Under the pieces are notes generated by a model, which worked only from the letters and a program-made list of their open reading frames with translations, did no database searches and was not told where the DNA came from. 56,333 nt of DNA from Thermoleophilia bacterium (GTDB lineage Bacteria; Actinomycetota; Thermoleophilia; Gaiellales; SKUG01), in assembly GCA_039811765.1 (NCBI GenBank), contig JBDHZF010000003.1, forward strand, positions 1 to 56,333, given 5' to 3'. Positions within the stretch are counted from its first letter, which is position 1; every line of letters begins with the position of its first letter. Positions 39,273 to 54,200 of the stretch are shown one piece after another. The position numbers and the translations under genes were made by a program.

Positions 39273-42200
39273 CTACTTGCGCTTCTTGCCGCCCTTCTTG
39301 GCGCCGGGGCCGTCTTCTTCCTCTTCGTCGTCGTCCTTCTTGCGACCGGCGCGCAGGCGATGCATGTGCAGGTCTTTGCCGCCCTTGGCTGCTTGGCCCA
39401 GGCCCTTCGCGCCCGCGCCCTTCGCCGCGGCGCGAGCCACCTTGGACGCCGCGTCGCCGCGGAACACGTACGCCAGCGTGCCGGCGATGCCGCCCGCCAC
39501 GAGCAGCAGCGGCAGCCACAGCTTCCAGTTGTCGCCGAGCCACGACAGCGCCTTCGCGATCGGACCCTTCTTCGCCTTCGGCTCCTTGTCGGACGCGGCC
39601 ACGACCTCGTCCTCGAGCTGCGTGCCGGTCTTCAAGCCCGGCTTCTTCTTGGCGGACTTGCCGCTGCCCAGCCCCTCGGGCAGTCGCGTCTTGCCCTCGC
39701 TGGTGCGCTCGCTGCCCGCCCCCGTTCGACGCGAATTCGAATCGCTCTTGCTCGTCGACTTGGGACGCTTCGTGGCGGACGGAACCGTGCCGAGCGGCTT
39801 CTTCGTGGTGGAGTCGCCGTCCTCGTCGCCGAAGTCGTCGGTGCCCTTGTCCACGTCGTTGTCGCCGATCGCCACCACGATCGTGCTGACGGTGGCCAGC
39901 TTGTAGTTCGTGTCGTCGCTCGACACCTTGAACGTGATCGCGCCTTCGTGGTCGCCCTCGATCTCGTCGTCGTCGATCGCGGTCACCGTGAGCGTCTTCG
40001 CGTCGCGCCAGCTCGTCGGGCCGAGCACGATCGCGTCGCTGTCGACCTTCACCTGGTCGTCGCCGGTCGGCACGACCGTGACGTCGCTCGTCGGCTGGCT
40101 CGACAGTCGGAACGTCACGGTGTCGCCGGCGGCCGCGCCCTCCACGACCTTCGTCACGTCGCCGGTCTGGCCGACAACGATCGTCGCCTCGTCGTCGTCC
40201 GTGATGCTGGCGGCGACGCTCGCGAGCTCGACGTCCTTCCAACCCGGCGCGGTCGTCGTGATCGAATGCTTGATCAGGCCCGGATGCGGATCGGGCTCGT
40301 CCAGCGAATCCTGCACCGCGGCCACCTTCACCGTCTGTGCCTGGTTCCAGTTCGCGGGCGTGAACGTGAGCGACTTCGGATCGGGCGTCACCTGGTCGCC
40401 GCCGTCGATCGCGAGCGTGACGTCCGCCGACGGCGCGGCGGCCAGCGCGATGGTGTACGTGTCGGTCTGCCCGGCCTCGGTGAGCGTGGTCTTGCCGTCG
40501 CTCTCCACGATGGTGACGCCAGCCTTGTCGTCGTCCTTGATCGCCACGGACTGCGCAAGCGGCGTCGCGGCGCTGCCGGCGACGTACGCGATGTCGTTGC
40601 TCGTGAGCGCGAACGTGACGTTGCCGGTGTGGTCGCCCTCGACGACGACGTCCTGCACCGCGGTGAGCGTGACTTCTTGCGGCGTGCTCCAGTTCGTCGG
40701 CGTGAACGTCAGCGACGCGGGCGCGGCGCCGACCTGCGCGTCGCCGCTGACCGCGACCGTCACCGTGTCGGTCGGGATCGTGCCGAGCACCACGCTGAAC
40801 GTGTCGGTGGCGCCGCCCTCGGTCACGGCGTTCCCGCTGTCCGTCGGCGTCACGGTCACCGCCGCCGTGTCGTTGTCGGTGATCGTCACGTCCACCGGCG
40901 CGGCGGTCGCGGCGCCGTACGCCGGATCGGTCGACGCGAACGTGAACGTCACCATGCCCGGGTGCCCGTCCGGCTCGTCGACGTTGTCGTCCACCGCCGT
41001 CACGGTCACCGTCTGCGGCTGGTTCCAGTTCGTCGGCGTGAACGTCAGCGTGCCGGGCGTCGCGCCCACCTGCGGCGCGCCGTTGAGCGTGATCGTCACG
41101 TCGGCGTCCGGCTCGCTCTGCAGCACCACGTCGAAGCTGGCGCTCGGCCCGCCCTCGGCGAGCGCGATGGGTCCGCTCGGCGAGACGGTGATTCCGGAGA
41201 CGTCGTCGTCGGCGATGTCCACGTCCAGGTCGGCGATCGTCTTCGCGTCGTAGATCGGGTCGACGCTCGTCACGTCCCACGTGATCTTCGAGCCGTGCAC
41301 GCCCTGCGCCTTGGAGTCGTTGGTCGCGGTGAACGTGAAGGTGGCCGGTCCCTGCGTGCCCTTGGCGATCGTCACGCTCGCGGGAGCGACGGTGACCGCG
41401 CCGTTGCTCAGCGTCGGGGTCACGACGATGTCCTCGGCCGCGTCGGTTGTGATCCCGACGATGCAGGTCACGACGTGATCGGTCGCGGCGGGGTCCTCCG
41501 ACATCAGCAGGTGGCCTGTGCCGGCGTCGACGTTCCACGCCGGACCACCCGAGCAGTCGATCGCGGCGCTTGCGGCGTCGTCGTCGTCGATATGGAACGT
41601 GCGCGGCGCGATCGCGATCGGCGCGTACGCCGGGTCCAGCGGCGCGGCGATCGTGAAGCTCACCACGCCGTCGTGAGGGCTGGGCTCGGCCACCGCGTCG
41701 TTGGCCGCCTGCACGCGCAGCTGCTGCGGCACGTTCCAGTTGGTGGCGTCGAAGACGAGCACGGGCGCGTTGGGGAACAGCACCTGGCCGTCGTTGGTGG
41801 CGGTGACGGTGACCGAGCCTGCGGGCTGCGTCGCGAGCGCGATCTCGATGACGCGCTCGGTGCCGGTCACGTCGGCTTCCTGCATCGTCATGAGCGCGGG
41901 ATCGGTGACGACCACGTCGGCGATGTCGTCGTCGTCGATCGTCACCGTGGAGTTCGGCACGGTCAGCGCGTCGAAGTCGGGCGCGCCGCTGCTGGACGTG
42001 GAGAACGTCAGGTCGCTCGTGTGCGGTCCTTCCGCGATCGGGTCGTCGATCGGCTTCACGGTGACCGTCTGCGGCATGTTCCAGTCGCTCGTCGTGAACG
42101 TCAGCGTGGACGGCGACGGCGCCTCGAGCTGCGTCGTGTCCCACGCCACGTCGACCGTCACGTCGTCGACCGGTTGCGCGGTGAGCTCCACGGTGAACGT

Positions 42201-45200
42201 GTCGGTGGTCTGTCCGGCCTCGGCCACGTGCAAGCCGTCGCCCTCGTCCACCTTCACGCCGGCGACGTCGTCGTCGGCGACGTCCACGTTCACGTCGGGG
42301 ATCGCGAAGCCCTCGTACGCGGGATCGCTCACCGAGTGCACCGCGTGCACGATCGTGTCGGTCTCGGGACCCTCGACGAGATGGTCGTCGAACGCGGCGA
42401 CCGTCACCGTCTGCGGGGTGGCGGCATTGCTCGCGTCGAACGTGAGCGTGGACGGCGTGGCCACGACGTCGCCACCGCTCGTGAGATCCACCGTCACCGT
42501 GCCGGACGGCGTCGTGTCGATCGCGATCTCGTACGTGGCCGTGGCGGCGAGATCGCCTTCGTCCACGCCCGCGGCAGGCGTCAACGGCGTCACCGTGAAG
42601 CCAGCCGCGTCGTCGTCGGCGATGTCGAACGTCGCGTCGTCGATCGTGAGCACGCCCGTGTCGTAGTTCGGATCGGTCGACGCGGTGTCGTGCGTGATCG
42701 TCCCGTCGTGCGGGTCCGTCTCGACGACCACGTCCTGCACGGCGGTCACGCTCACCGTCTGCGCCGTGTTCCAGTCGGCGGGCGTGAACGTCAGCGACGC
42801 GGGGCTCGGCGTGACCTGGCCGTCGTCGGCGAGGTTCACGGTCACGTCGTGCGTCGGCTTGCTCGTGAGCTCCACGGTGTACGTGGCGGGCGGCAGCACA
42901 CCGGCCTCGTCGAGCTGGCCGGGCGCCGGCGCCTGCGTCACCTTCACGCCGGCGGTGTCGTCGTCCGCGATCTCCAGATCCATGTTCGCCGGGGTGAGCG
43001 CCGCGAACGCCGCGTCGCCGCCCATCGTGTGCGTGAGCGTGCCGCCGTGCGGGGTGCCCTCGTCCACCTGGTCCTGCACGCCGGTGACGGTCACGGTCTG
43101 CGGCGCGTTCCAGTTCAGGTTGGTGAACGTGAGCGTCGGCTTGTCCACGCTCGCCTGGCCGTCGGGCGACGCGATCGCGACGGTGACGTCGGTGAGCGGC
43201 TGCGCGGTGAGCACCACGTCGTAGGTGGCTGTGACGGAGCCGTCTTCGCTGATCGACAGCGGGCCGGGCGTGGCGGGCGTGAAGTCGATGCCCGCGGCGT
43301 CGTCGTCGGCGATGTCGAACGTGCGCGGGGCGACCGTGACGGCCGTGTACGTGGGGTCGCTGCCGCCGTCGACGCCGAAGCTCAGCACGCCGGTGTGTGC
43401 GCCCTCCACCGTCGGGTCGTCCTTCGCTCGGATCGCCACGGTCTGCGCGATGTTCCAGTTGGACGAGTCGAACGTGAGCGTCGACGGGTTCGGCGCGTCG
43501 AGCTGCGGATCGCCGACCAGCACGATCGTCACGGGCGTGAGCGGCATCGTGTCGAGCTGCACGCCCACGAGCTTCTCGGTGCCAGCCGGGTCGGCCTCGT
43601 CGAGGTCGAGGCTCGCGGGATCGGTGATCGTGATGCCCGCCACGTCGTTGTCGACGATGTTGGCGGTCGCATCGGGCACGGCGAGCGCGTCGAAGTTCGT
43701 GTCCGCGCTGGTCGTCGTGAACGCGATCGCGCCGGTGTGCGCACCCTCCACCACATGGTCGTCAACGACCTGCACGAGCACGGTCTGCGGGAGGTTCCAG
43801 TCGGCGGGCGTGAAGTGCAGGCTCGTCGGGGCCATGATCGTCGTCTGGCCGTCCGGGGTGGTGATCGCCACGTCGACGTCGTTGGCCGGCTCGGCGTCGA
43901 GCGCCACCGTGAAGCTGTCGGTGCCCGGCACGTTCGCCTCGTCGAGGTCGATGCCGCCCATGTCGTCGATCGTCACGCCCGCCACGTCGTCGTCGGCCAC
44001 CGCGACGTCCACGTCGGGGATCGTCACCGGCACGTACGAGGGGTCGCTCGCGGCATCCACCACCGTGTGCACGTGCTCGGTCTCCGGGCCCTCCACCAAG
44101 TGGTCGTCGACGGCGTTCACGGTGACGGTGACCGGCGTGGCGTAGTTGGCCGAGGTGAACGTGTAGGTCGACGGCGACACGATCGCGTCCGGACCCGCGC
44201 TCAGGTTCACGGTCACGTCGCTCGCCGGGATCGTGTCGATGTACAGGTCGTACGTCGCGCCGGTTGCCGCGTCGGCCTCGTCCACGCTCGGCGCGGGCGA
44301 TGCCGGGTCGAAGTGGAAACCGGGGATGTCGTCGTCGGCGATGTCGAACGTCGCGTCGTCGATCGTGAGGCCCGTGTAGTTCGCATCCGTGCTGGTGGCC
44401 GAATGCGCGACCGTGCCCGTGTGCGGGGTCGGCTCGGTGACGTGGTCGTCCACGGCCTTCACGACCACGTGCTGGACGACGTTCCAATTCGCGGCGGTGA
44501 ACGTGAGGGCGGTCACGCCGCCGTCGACCTCCACCTGCGCGTTCGGCGTGAGCGCGATCGTCACGTCGGCGGTCGGCTGGCTGTCGAGCACGACGTCGTA
44601 GGTCGCGCTCGGCACGCTGCCGTCTTCGGCGAGCGGCTGCGGCGCCGGGCTCTGCGTCACCGTCACGCCCGCGGTGTCGTCGTCGTGGATGTCGAAGTCG
44701 ATCGGCGCAAGCGTCTCGGCGTTGTAGATCGGGTCGGCGGACGTCACCGCGAACGTCACGTTGGACACGTGCGGATCGGCCTCGTCGACGTCGTCGTTCA
44801 CCGCGGTGAAGGTGACGGGCACCGGACCGTGCGAGCCAGCTGGGATCGTCACGGACGCGGGGCTCGCGGTCATCTGCGCGGAGTCGGTGGTGATGGCGAT
44901 CGTCACGTCCTGCGCGGCGTCGGTTCCGAGCTGCATGTCGCACACCACGTCGTGCGTCGCGTCCGCGACCGTCTCGGACAAGTCCACATGGCCGCCGCCG
45001 TTCACCGCGAAGTCGGCGCCCGGCGTGCAGGTCACGTCCACGTCCGCCATGTCGTCGTCGGCGATCTGGAAGGTGCGGTCGGCGATCGTCAATGCCGTGT
45101 AGAGCGGATCGCTGGTCGGATCCACCGCGAGCTTCAGCACGCCCGGGTGCGGGCTTGTTTCGGCCACGTGGTCGTCGACCGCGCGCACCGCGACGCTCTG

Positions 45201-48200
45201 CGGAATGTTCCAGTTCGTGTTGTCGAACGTGAGCGTGGTCATGCCCTGCACGCCGATCTGGGCGTCGGCGGTCAGGTTCACCGTCACGGGCGCGGGCGGC
45301 GCGGTCTTCAGCGCGATCGTCGTCGTGCGCTCGGTGCCGGCGACGTCGGCCTCGTCCAGCGTCATGTCGGCCGAGTCGACGATGTCGAACCCGGGCACGT
45401 CGTTGTCGAGGATGTGCGTGATCGCGTCGGGCGTGGTCAGGCCGGCGAACGCCGTGTCCGCGCTCGCGGTGGTGAAAGCGATGTGGCCGTCGTGCGGGCT
45501 GGCCTCGGTCACGTGGTCGTCGACCACGGTCACGGTCACGACCTGCGGCGTGTTCCAGTCGCTCGTCGTGAAGGTCAGCGACGGCGTGTCGACGGTCACC
45601 TGCGCGTCGGGCGTCACGTCCACGGTCACGTCGCTGGTCGGCTGCGCCTTAAGCGCGACGGTGAAGGTCTTCGTGGTCGCCGCGTCGGCCTCGTCGAGGT
45701 CGAGGTCCGGCGTCGGGACCACGTCGAGCTCGGCGACGTCGTCGTCGGCGATGTCCGCGGTCACGTCCGGGATCGTCGTGCCGAGGTAGCCAGGATCGCT
45801 CGCGCCGGCATCGATCACGTGCGTGATCGTGTCGTGATGCGGCGTGGCCTCCGGGAAGTGGTCGTCCACCGCGGTGACGGTGATCGTCACCGGCGTGGCA
45901 TAGTTGGCGGGCGTGAAGGTGTAGTCGGCCGGGGCAACGGTCACCTGTCCGCTGGTCGCCGCGAAGTCCACCTTCACCGGACCGGCCGGCTCGGTGTCCA
46001 TGTACAGGTCGTACGAGTAGGTGGTCGACACGTCTGCCTCGTCGAGGCTCGGCGCGGGCGTCGCCGGGTCGAAGTGGAAGCTCGGCACGTCGTCGTCGTC
46101 GATGTCGAAGTCGGCGTCGGCGATCGGCAGCGCCGCCACGAGCGAGTACGCCAGGTCGAGCGAGTCGCTCGAGTGCGTGATCGTGCCCGTGTGCGGCGTG
46201 AGCTCGGTCACGTGGTCGTCGTGCGCCTTCACGGTCACGTGCTGCACGGCGTTCCAGTTCGCGGGCGTGAACGTGAGCGTGGTCACGCCGCCGTCGATGT
46301 CCACCTGCGCATCGGCGGTGAGCGTGATCGTCACGTCGCTCGACGGCTGGCTGTCGAGCACAACGTCGTACACGGCGTCGGGCAGGCTGCCGTCCTCGGC
46401 GAGATGCTGCGGCGACGGCGTCTGCGTCACGGTCACGCCCGCGGTGTCGTCGTCGTGCACGTCGATCGTCTCGGGCGCGGGGGTCACCGCCGCGTACGCG
46501 GTGTCGGCGCTCGCCACGGTGAACGCGACCAAGCCCGGATGCGGATCCGCCTCGTCCACGTCGTCGTCGTGCGCCTTCACCTCGAAGTGCTGCGGCGTGT
46601 TCCACGTGGCGCTCGTGAAGGTGAGCGTGGTCGGACCGATCGCGTCGAGCTGCGCGTCGGGCAGCAGTGTGACGGTCACGTCCGCGGTCGGGATCGTGGC
46701 GAGCACGACGTCCCACTTGCGGGTGGTGGTCGCGCTGGCCTCGTCCACGTCCGTGCCGCCGCCGGGGGTGATCAGCACGTCGCTCGTGTCGTTGTCCGTG
46801 ATGTTCGCGGTCACGTCCGTGTTCGCGAGCGCGTCGTAGGTCGGGTCGGCCGCCGCGACGCTCGTCGGGTCCAGCGTGACCGTGCTGGTGTGCGGGGACG
46901 CCTCGTCGATCGAGTCGTCCACTGCTTCCACCGTGACGTCCTGATCGACGTTCCAGTTGGTGGAGTCGAACGTGAGCGTGGTCGGGCTGGCGTCCACCTG
47001 CGCGGCGTCGAACGTCACGGCGACCGTGACCGTGCCCACGGGCTGGCTCTTCAGGTGCACCTTCACCGTGCCGTTCGTGGGCCCGGTCTCGTCGATCGCG
47101 ACGCTCGTCACGTCGGTGACGATGCCCGCGTCGTCGTCGTCGTGGATCGACGCGTCCACGCTCGCCACGGTGAGCGAGTTGAAGTTCGCGTCGGCGCTCG
47201 TCGTGGTGAAGTCGATCGGGCTGGTGTGCGGTTCGTTCTCGTCGATCGGGTCGTCCACGGCGGTCACGGTGACGGTCTGCGCGGTGTTCCAGTTCGTGTC
47301 GTCGAAGGTGAGCGTCGCGGGCGACACGGTCACCTGGCCGGCGGCGTTGGCGACGTGCACGTCCACGGTCTTGCCCGCGGCGGGCGAGGCAGTGAGCTTC
47401 ACCTCGAACGTGTCGGTCGCGGCGACGTTCGCCTCGTCCACCGAGATGCCGCCGAGATCGTCCACGGTCACGCCCGCGGCGTCGTTGTCGGTCACGTCCG
47501 CGACCGCGTCGGGGATCGTCACGGCGGTGAAGTTCGGGTCGCTGGAGGCGTTCACCGACAGCGCGACGTGCGCCGGGTGCGGGCTCGCCTCGATGAAGCC
47601 GTCGTCCACCGCGTCCACGGCCACCTGCACGCCGGTGTTCCAGTTCGTCGCGTCGAGCACGACGCTGGCCGGGGTCGCGGTGGCTTGCGCGTCGGGCGCG
47701 AGGTCGATCGTCACCGGCGAGTCCGGCTCGGCGGCGAGCGTGATCGTCAGGTGGTCGCCCGTGCCGCCCTCGGCGATCTGGAAGCTGCCGCCGTCCGGCG
47801 TCACGATCACGCCGGCGGCGTCGTCGTCGAGCACGTTCACGGTCTCGCTCGCCGCGGTCACGGCCGCGTAGAAGGCGTCCGCGCTGGTCACCGTGTGCGC
47901 GATCGTGCCGGTGTGCGGGCCCTCGATCTTGTGGTCGTCGAACGCCTGCACGTGCACCGTCTGCGGGGAGTTCCAGTTCGCGTTCGTGAAGGTGAGCGTC
48001 GTCTCGGTGGTCGTCACCTGCGCGTTCGGCGCGATCGCCACGGTCACGTCGGCGGTGGGCTGGCTGTCGAGCACCACGTCGTAGGCGTCGACCACGCTGC
48101 CGTCCTCCGCCACCGTGGTGTCCGCGCCCGTCGGGGTGATGGTGACGCCGGCCGTGTCGTTGTCGTGCACGTCCACGGTCTGCGCGGGGCCCGTCTCGCC

Positions 48201-51200
48201 GTTGAAGTTCGCGTCGGCGCTGGTCATCGCGTGCGCGATCGTGCCCGTGTGCGGGTCCGTTTCCTGGATCGGGTCGTCCACAGCCTCGACGTCAACGGTC
48301 ACGCCGGTGTTCCAGTTGCTCGAATCGAGCACGACGGACGACACGCTGGTCGTGACCTGCGCGTCGGGCGTGAGCGCCACGGTCACTGGCGCGCTCGGGA
48401 TGCTCGTGAGCGTCAGCGTGTAGGTGGCGATGAGCGTCTGGTCCTCGTCCGCCAGCAGACCACTCGCGGGCGTGACGACGAGGTCGGACGTGTCGTTGTC
48501 GTGGATCAGCGCGTCCACGGTGTCCGGCGTGAGCGCGGTGTAGCCGGCGTCCGCGGACGCGATCGTCATGTCGAGCGTGCCGGGATGCGGATCGGCTTCG
48601 TCGACGTGGTCGTCGATCGCCTTCAGCGTCACCGTCTGCGGCGTGCTCCAGTTCGTCGTCGTGAAGGTGATCGACGGCACGCTCCACTCGAGCTGCGTGC
48701 TGTCCGGCGTGAACGTCACGTCCGCGGTCGGCTGGCTGCCGAGCACGATGTCGTAGGTGGCGGTGGCGCCGCCCTCGGTCACGTCGAAGCCGGTGGTCTG
48801 GCTGATCAGGATCGCCGGGAAGTCGTTGTCCGCCACGTGGAACGTGACGTCGTCGATCGTCAGCACGCCGGTCCCGTAGTTCGGATCGGAGCTGGACGTG
48901 TCGTGGCTCACCACGCCGTCGTGCGGGTTGGCCTCGGCCACCGCGTCGTCGACCGGGTTCACTGTGACGTCTTGGTCCGTGTTCCAGTTCAGCGCCGTGA
49001 ACGTGAGCGTGGTCGGCGCGGTGGTCACCTGCGCGTCCGGCAAGATCGTGACGGTCACGTCGTCGGTCGGCTCGCTCTTGAGCTTCACCTTGTAGGTCTG
49101 GCCCGTCGCGGCGTCCGCCTCGTCGAGGTCGATCGACGGCGGCGGCGTCACGACCACGCCCGCCGTGTCGTTGTCCACGACGTGCACCGTCACCTGCGTG
49201 GCGAGGAGTCCGACGTAGTTCGGGTCGGCGCTGCCGGTGAGCGCGTCGATCGTGCCGGTGTGCGGGCCTTCCGCGATCGAGTCGTCGATCGCGGTCACGG
49301 TGACTGGCTGCGGCGTGTTCCAGTTGCCGGGAGTGAACGTGAGCGTGGTGGACGACAGCGTGACCTGCGTGCTGCTGAGCGTCACGGTCACGTTGGCCGT
49401 GGGCTGGCTCTGGAGAACGACGTTCACGACGTCCGTGGGGCCGCCCTCGGTCACGGTGGTGTCGGGGAGCGTCTCGTTCACGAGCACGCCGGCGTTGTCG
49501 TTGTCGGCGATGTCGAGGTCCATGTCGCCGAGCGTCAGCGCGGCGTAGACGGGATCCGCGCCGCCGGCCACGTGCGTGAGCTTGTCGGTGTGGGCGCCTT
49601 CGGCGATCGCATCGTCCACGGCGGTCACGGTGACAGTCTGCGCCGTGCCCCAGTTGCCGGGAGTGAACGTGAGCGTGGGCGTGTCGACGGTGGCTTGTCC
49701 CGCGAGCGCGGCGACGTCAATCGTCACGTTGCCGGTCGGCTCGGAGTCCAGCTTCACGTCGTAGCTGGCCGTGGCGCCGCCCTCGGCGATCGACAGCGGG
49801 CCGGGAAGCGCGGGCGTGAACGTGACGCCGGCGTTGTCGTCGTCGGCGATGTCGATCGTCTGCGACGGAACCGTCACCACGCCGTAGAACGCGTCCGTGC
49901 CCGCGGTGAGCGTGCCGGTGATCGTGGTGGTGTGCGCGCCCTCGGCGATCAGGTCCTGGACGATCGCGACGTCCACGTTCTGCGGGGTGGCCCACGTGGC
50001 CGGCGTGAACGTGTACGTGGTGGTGGTCGGCGCGCCGTCCGCGTCGCCCGCGAGCGTGATCGTCACCGTGTCGGTCGGCTGGCTGGTGAGCGACATCGCG
50101 TACGTCACGTTCGGGCCGCCCTCGGCGCCGCTCAGGCCGCTCGACGGCGCCAGCAGGATGCTGGCCGTGTCGTTGTCGGTGATCGCCACGTCGACGGGAG
50201 TGATCGTGAGCGCGCCCGTGTCATAGGCCGGCGCGGCGCTCGCGGTGTCGATCGTGATCTGCGTGCTGTGCGCGCCCTCCATCACGAAGTCGTCGTTCGC
50301 CACCACGTTCACGGTCTGCGGGATGTTCCACGTGGCGGGGGTGAACGTGAGCGGGGCCATCGCGACGAGCTGGCCGCCCTCGGTGAGGTTCACGGTGACG
50401 TCCGCGCCCGGGATGCTGTCGAGCACCACGGTGAAGCTGCCGTCCGGACCGCCCTCGCCCACGTTCAGCGTGGTCGGCGTCACGGTGACGCCTGGATCGT
50501 CGTTGTCGGTGATGTCCGCCACGACGTTGCTGACCGCGAGCGAGTTGAAGTTGGAGTCCGCGCTGGTGGTGGCGTGCACGATCGTGCCGTGGTGCGGGGA
50601 CGGCTCGGTGACGAGGTCGTCCACGGCGCCCACCGTGACGTGCTGCGGGGTGTTCCAGTTGGCCGCGGTGAACGTCAGCGTGGCGGCGCTGGTGGTGATC
50701 TGCGAATCGGGCGTGACGGTGACGGTGACGTCCGCGGTCGGCTCGGCGTCGAGCACCACGTCATAGTCCTCGGTGGCCCCGTCCTCGTCCACCGCGACGG
50801 TGGACTTGCTGATCGTGACGCCCGCGGCGTCGTCGTCGGTGACGTGCGCGACCACGTTCGGGATCAGCGTGGCGGGGCCGTAGTTGGGATCCGCGCTCGC
50901 GGAGGTGTGCACGAACGTCTGCGTGTGCGGGCCCTCCACCAGGTGGTCGGGCGTGCCGCTCACGGTGAGGATCTGCGGCGTGTTCCAGTTGGCGGCGGTG
51001 AACGTGAGCGTGCCGTGGTCCACCGATGCTTGCGGGCCGCCGGTGATCGTGATCGTCACGTCCGCGGTGGGCTTGCTGAGCAGCACGACGGAGTAGGTGT
51101 CGGTGGTCGCGCCCTCGTCCACGTCCGTGCTCGCGGCGGTCTCCACCACGGACACGCCGGCGGTGTCGTTGTCGTGGATCGACACGGCGACGTCGTCGGG

Positions 51201-54200
51201 GTTCTGCGCCGCGTAGCCGGTGTCGCTGGTGGTTCCCATGCCCACGACCACTGCGCCCGCATGCGGTTCGGCCTCGTCGACGAGGTCGTCCACGACGGTG
51301 AGCGTCACCGTCTGCGGGATGTTCCAGTCGAGGTGCGTGAACGTGAGCGTGGCCTTGTCCGCGGTCGTCTGCCCGTCCGGCGTGGCGACGGTCACGGGCA
51401 CGTCGAACGCCGGCTCGCTGTCGAGCACGACGGTGAACGTGGCGGTGGTCGCCGGCGCGGCCTCGTCGAGCGTGATGCCGGTAGTCGGCGTGACGGTGAC
51501 GTGCGCGGTGTCGTCGTCGCTCACCTCGACGGGCTGCTGGTCGATCGCGAGCGAACCGCCGTAGAGCGGATCGGAGCTCGAGGACACGTGCACGACCGCG
51601 GCGGTGTGCGGATCGGCTTCGTCGAGGTGATCGTCCACCGCGGTGACGGTGACGGTCTGCGGGGTGTTCCAGTTGGCGGACGTGAAGGTGAGCGTGGGCT
51701 TGTCGACGGTGGTCTGGCCGTCCGGCGTGGTGACGGCGATCGTCACGTCCGCGCTCGGCTGCGTGTCGAGCACGACGTCGTAGGTGGCGGAGGTCGTGCC
51801 GGCCTCGGCCACGGCGAGCGGCGTGCCGGTTCCGGGGGTGATCTTCACGCCGGCGGTGTCGTTGTCGTCCACGTTGACGGCGATGTCGGCGAGCGCCCAT
51901 GCGTTGTAGACGAGGTCCGCGCTGGTCACGTCCAACTCAACCAAGCCTGGATGCGGGGTGGTCTCGTCGATCGGATCGTCGATCGCGGTGACGGTCACGA
52001 CCTGCGGCGTGTTCCAGTTCGCGCTCGTGAACACGAGCGGGTCCACGTCGAAGCCGACCTGCGTGCCGGTGAGGTCCACGGTCACGTCGGCGGTGGGCTG
52101 CGTGTCGAGCACGACGCTGAACGTGTCGGTGGCCCCGCCCTCGGCAACGCCCAACGTCGTCTTGTTGACGGTAATGCCGGGGATGTCGTTGTCGGTCACG
52201 TCGAAGTCGACGGGATCGGCCGTGGCCACCGAGTAGTAGCTGTCGGCCGAGCTCACGGCATGCGTGATCGTTCGTGTGTGCACGGGCGCCTCGGTGACCG
52301 CGTCGTCGATCGCGTTCACCGTCACGTGCTGCGCCGTGCCCCAGTTCGCCGCGGTGAAGGTGAGCGTCGTGACGTCCGCGTGCAGGTCGCCCGGCACCGT
52401 GAGCGTCACGGTGACGTCGGCGGTCGGCTGCGTGGCGAGGCGCACGTCGTACTGCACGGTAGCCGCGGGGGTGTCCTCGTCGAGCGCGTACGGATCGGCG
52501 GCGTTCACGATCACCGCGGCGATGTCGTTGTCGGTCACCTGCGCGGCGATCGGGTCCGCGGTCGTGAGCGAGCTCCACAGCGGGTCCGTGCTCGACACCG
52601 TGTGGGTGATCGCGCCGGGATGCGGGGACGCTTCCTGGATCGGGTCGTCCACGGCGGTCACGGTGACGTGCTGCACCGCGTTCCAGTTCGCGTTCGTGAA
52701 CGTCAGCGTGGTCGCGCTCGTAGTGACCTGCGCGTCGGGCGCGATCGTCACGGTCACGTCGCCTGCGGGCTGCGCGGTGAGCACGACGTCGTAGGTGTCG
52801 GTGGCGCCGCCCTCGGCGACCGCCTCGCCGCCCAGCTCGCCGACCTGCACGCCGGGAACGTCGTCGTCGGTGATGTCCGCGTCCTTGTCGGCCGGGGTGA
52901 TCGCGGCGTAGCCCGGGTCTGCGGCGCTGGTCACGGTGTGCGTGAGCTTGCCCGGGTGGACGGGCGCTTCCACGAGGTGGTCGTCCACGGCGGTGACGTG
53001 CACGGTCTGCGGCGTGTTCCAGTTGCCGGTCGTGAACGTGAGCGTGGTGGTAGCCGTGGCTACCTGCGCGTCCGGCGACACGGTCACCGTCACGTCGCCG
53101 GCGGGCATCGAGCCGAGCACGATCGTGTAGTCGGCGCCGGCCGGGTTCGCCTCGGCGAGCGTCAGGTTGCCCGGGGAGACGATCACGGACGCCGTGTCGT
53201 CGTCGTGCACGTCGGCGGTCACGGTCTGCGGCGCGACCGCGGCGTACTTCGCGTCGCCGGCGGCGCTCACCACGATGTTGCCGTCGTGCGGATCGTTCTC
53301 GTCGATCGGATCGTTCACCGCGGCCACGGAGACGATCTGCGGCGTGTTCCAGTTCGCGGGCGTGAAGGTGAGCGTCGGCACGCCCGTGGTCACCTGCGCG
53401 TCGGGCGCGAGCGTGATCGTGATCGGCGCGGTCGGCTGGCTGTCGAGCACCACGGTGAAGGTGTCGGTGGCCGGCACGTTCGCCTCGTCCACCACCACGC
53501 CGCCGAGCTCGTCGATCGTCACGCCGGCCGTGTCGTTGTCGGTGATGTCCACCGCCATGTCGGCGAGCGCCCAGCCGCCGTAGTTCGCGTCGGCGCTCGT
53601 CACGGTGTGCACGATCGTGCCCGGGTGCGGCGTGTCCTCGTCGACGTGGTCGTCCGTCGCTGCCACGTTCACGGTCTGGAAGGTGTTCCAGTTCGCGGAC
53701 GTGAAGGTGAGCGACGTGATCGCGTCGAGCTGCGTGCCGGTCGCGAACGCGATCGTCACGTCGGCCGTCGGCTCGCTCTTGAGGCGGATCTGGTACGACG
53801 CGCCGGAGCCGCCCTCGGTCGCGGCGAGCGGGCCGAGCGGCGTCACTTCGATGCCGGGCACGTCGTTGTCGGTTACATCGGCGACCACGGGCGAGACGGC
53901 GATGCCGTTGTAGGCGGGATCGCCGATGCTCGTCGCGATGTGCGACGCGGTGGCGGTGTGCGCGCCCTCCACGATCAGGTCGTCAACGACCGTCATCGTC
54001 ACGGTCTGCGGCGTGTTCCAGTTCGCGACGGTGAACAGCAGCGTGGTCGGCGCCACGTTCGCGTCCGCGTCGCCAGTGACGGCGATCGTCACGTCGTCGA
54101 GCGGCTCGCTGTCGAGCGCCACCGTGTAGGTCGCGGTCGCGGCGACGTTGCCCTCGTCGAGCGTCAGACCCGCGGTCGGAGTGACGGTCACGCCGGCGGT

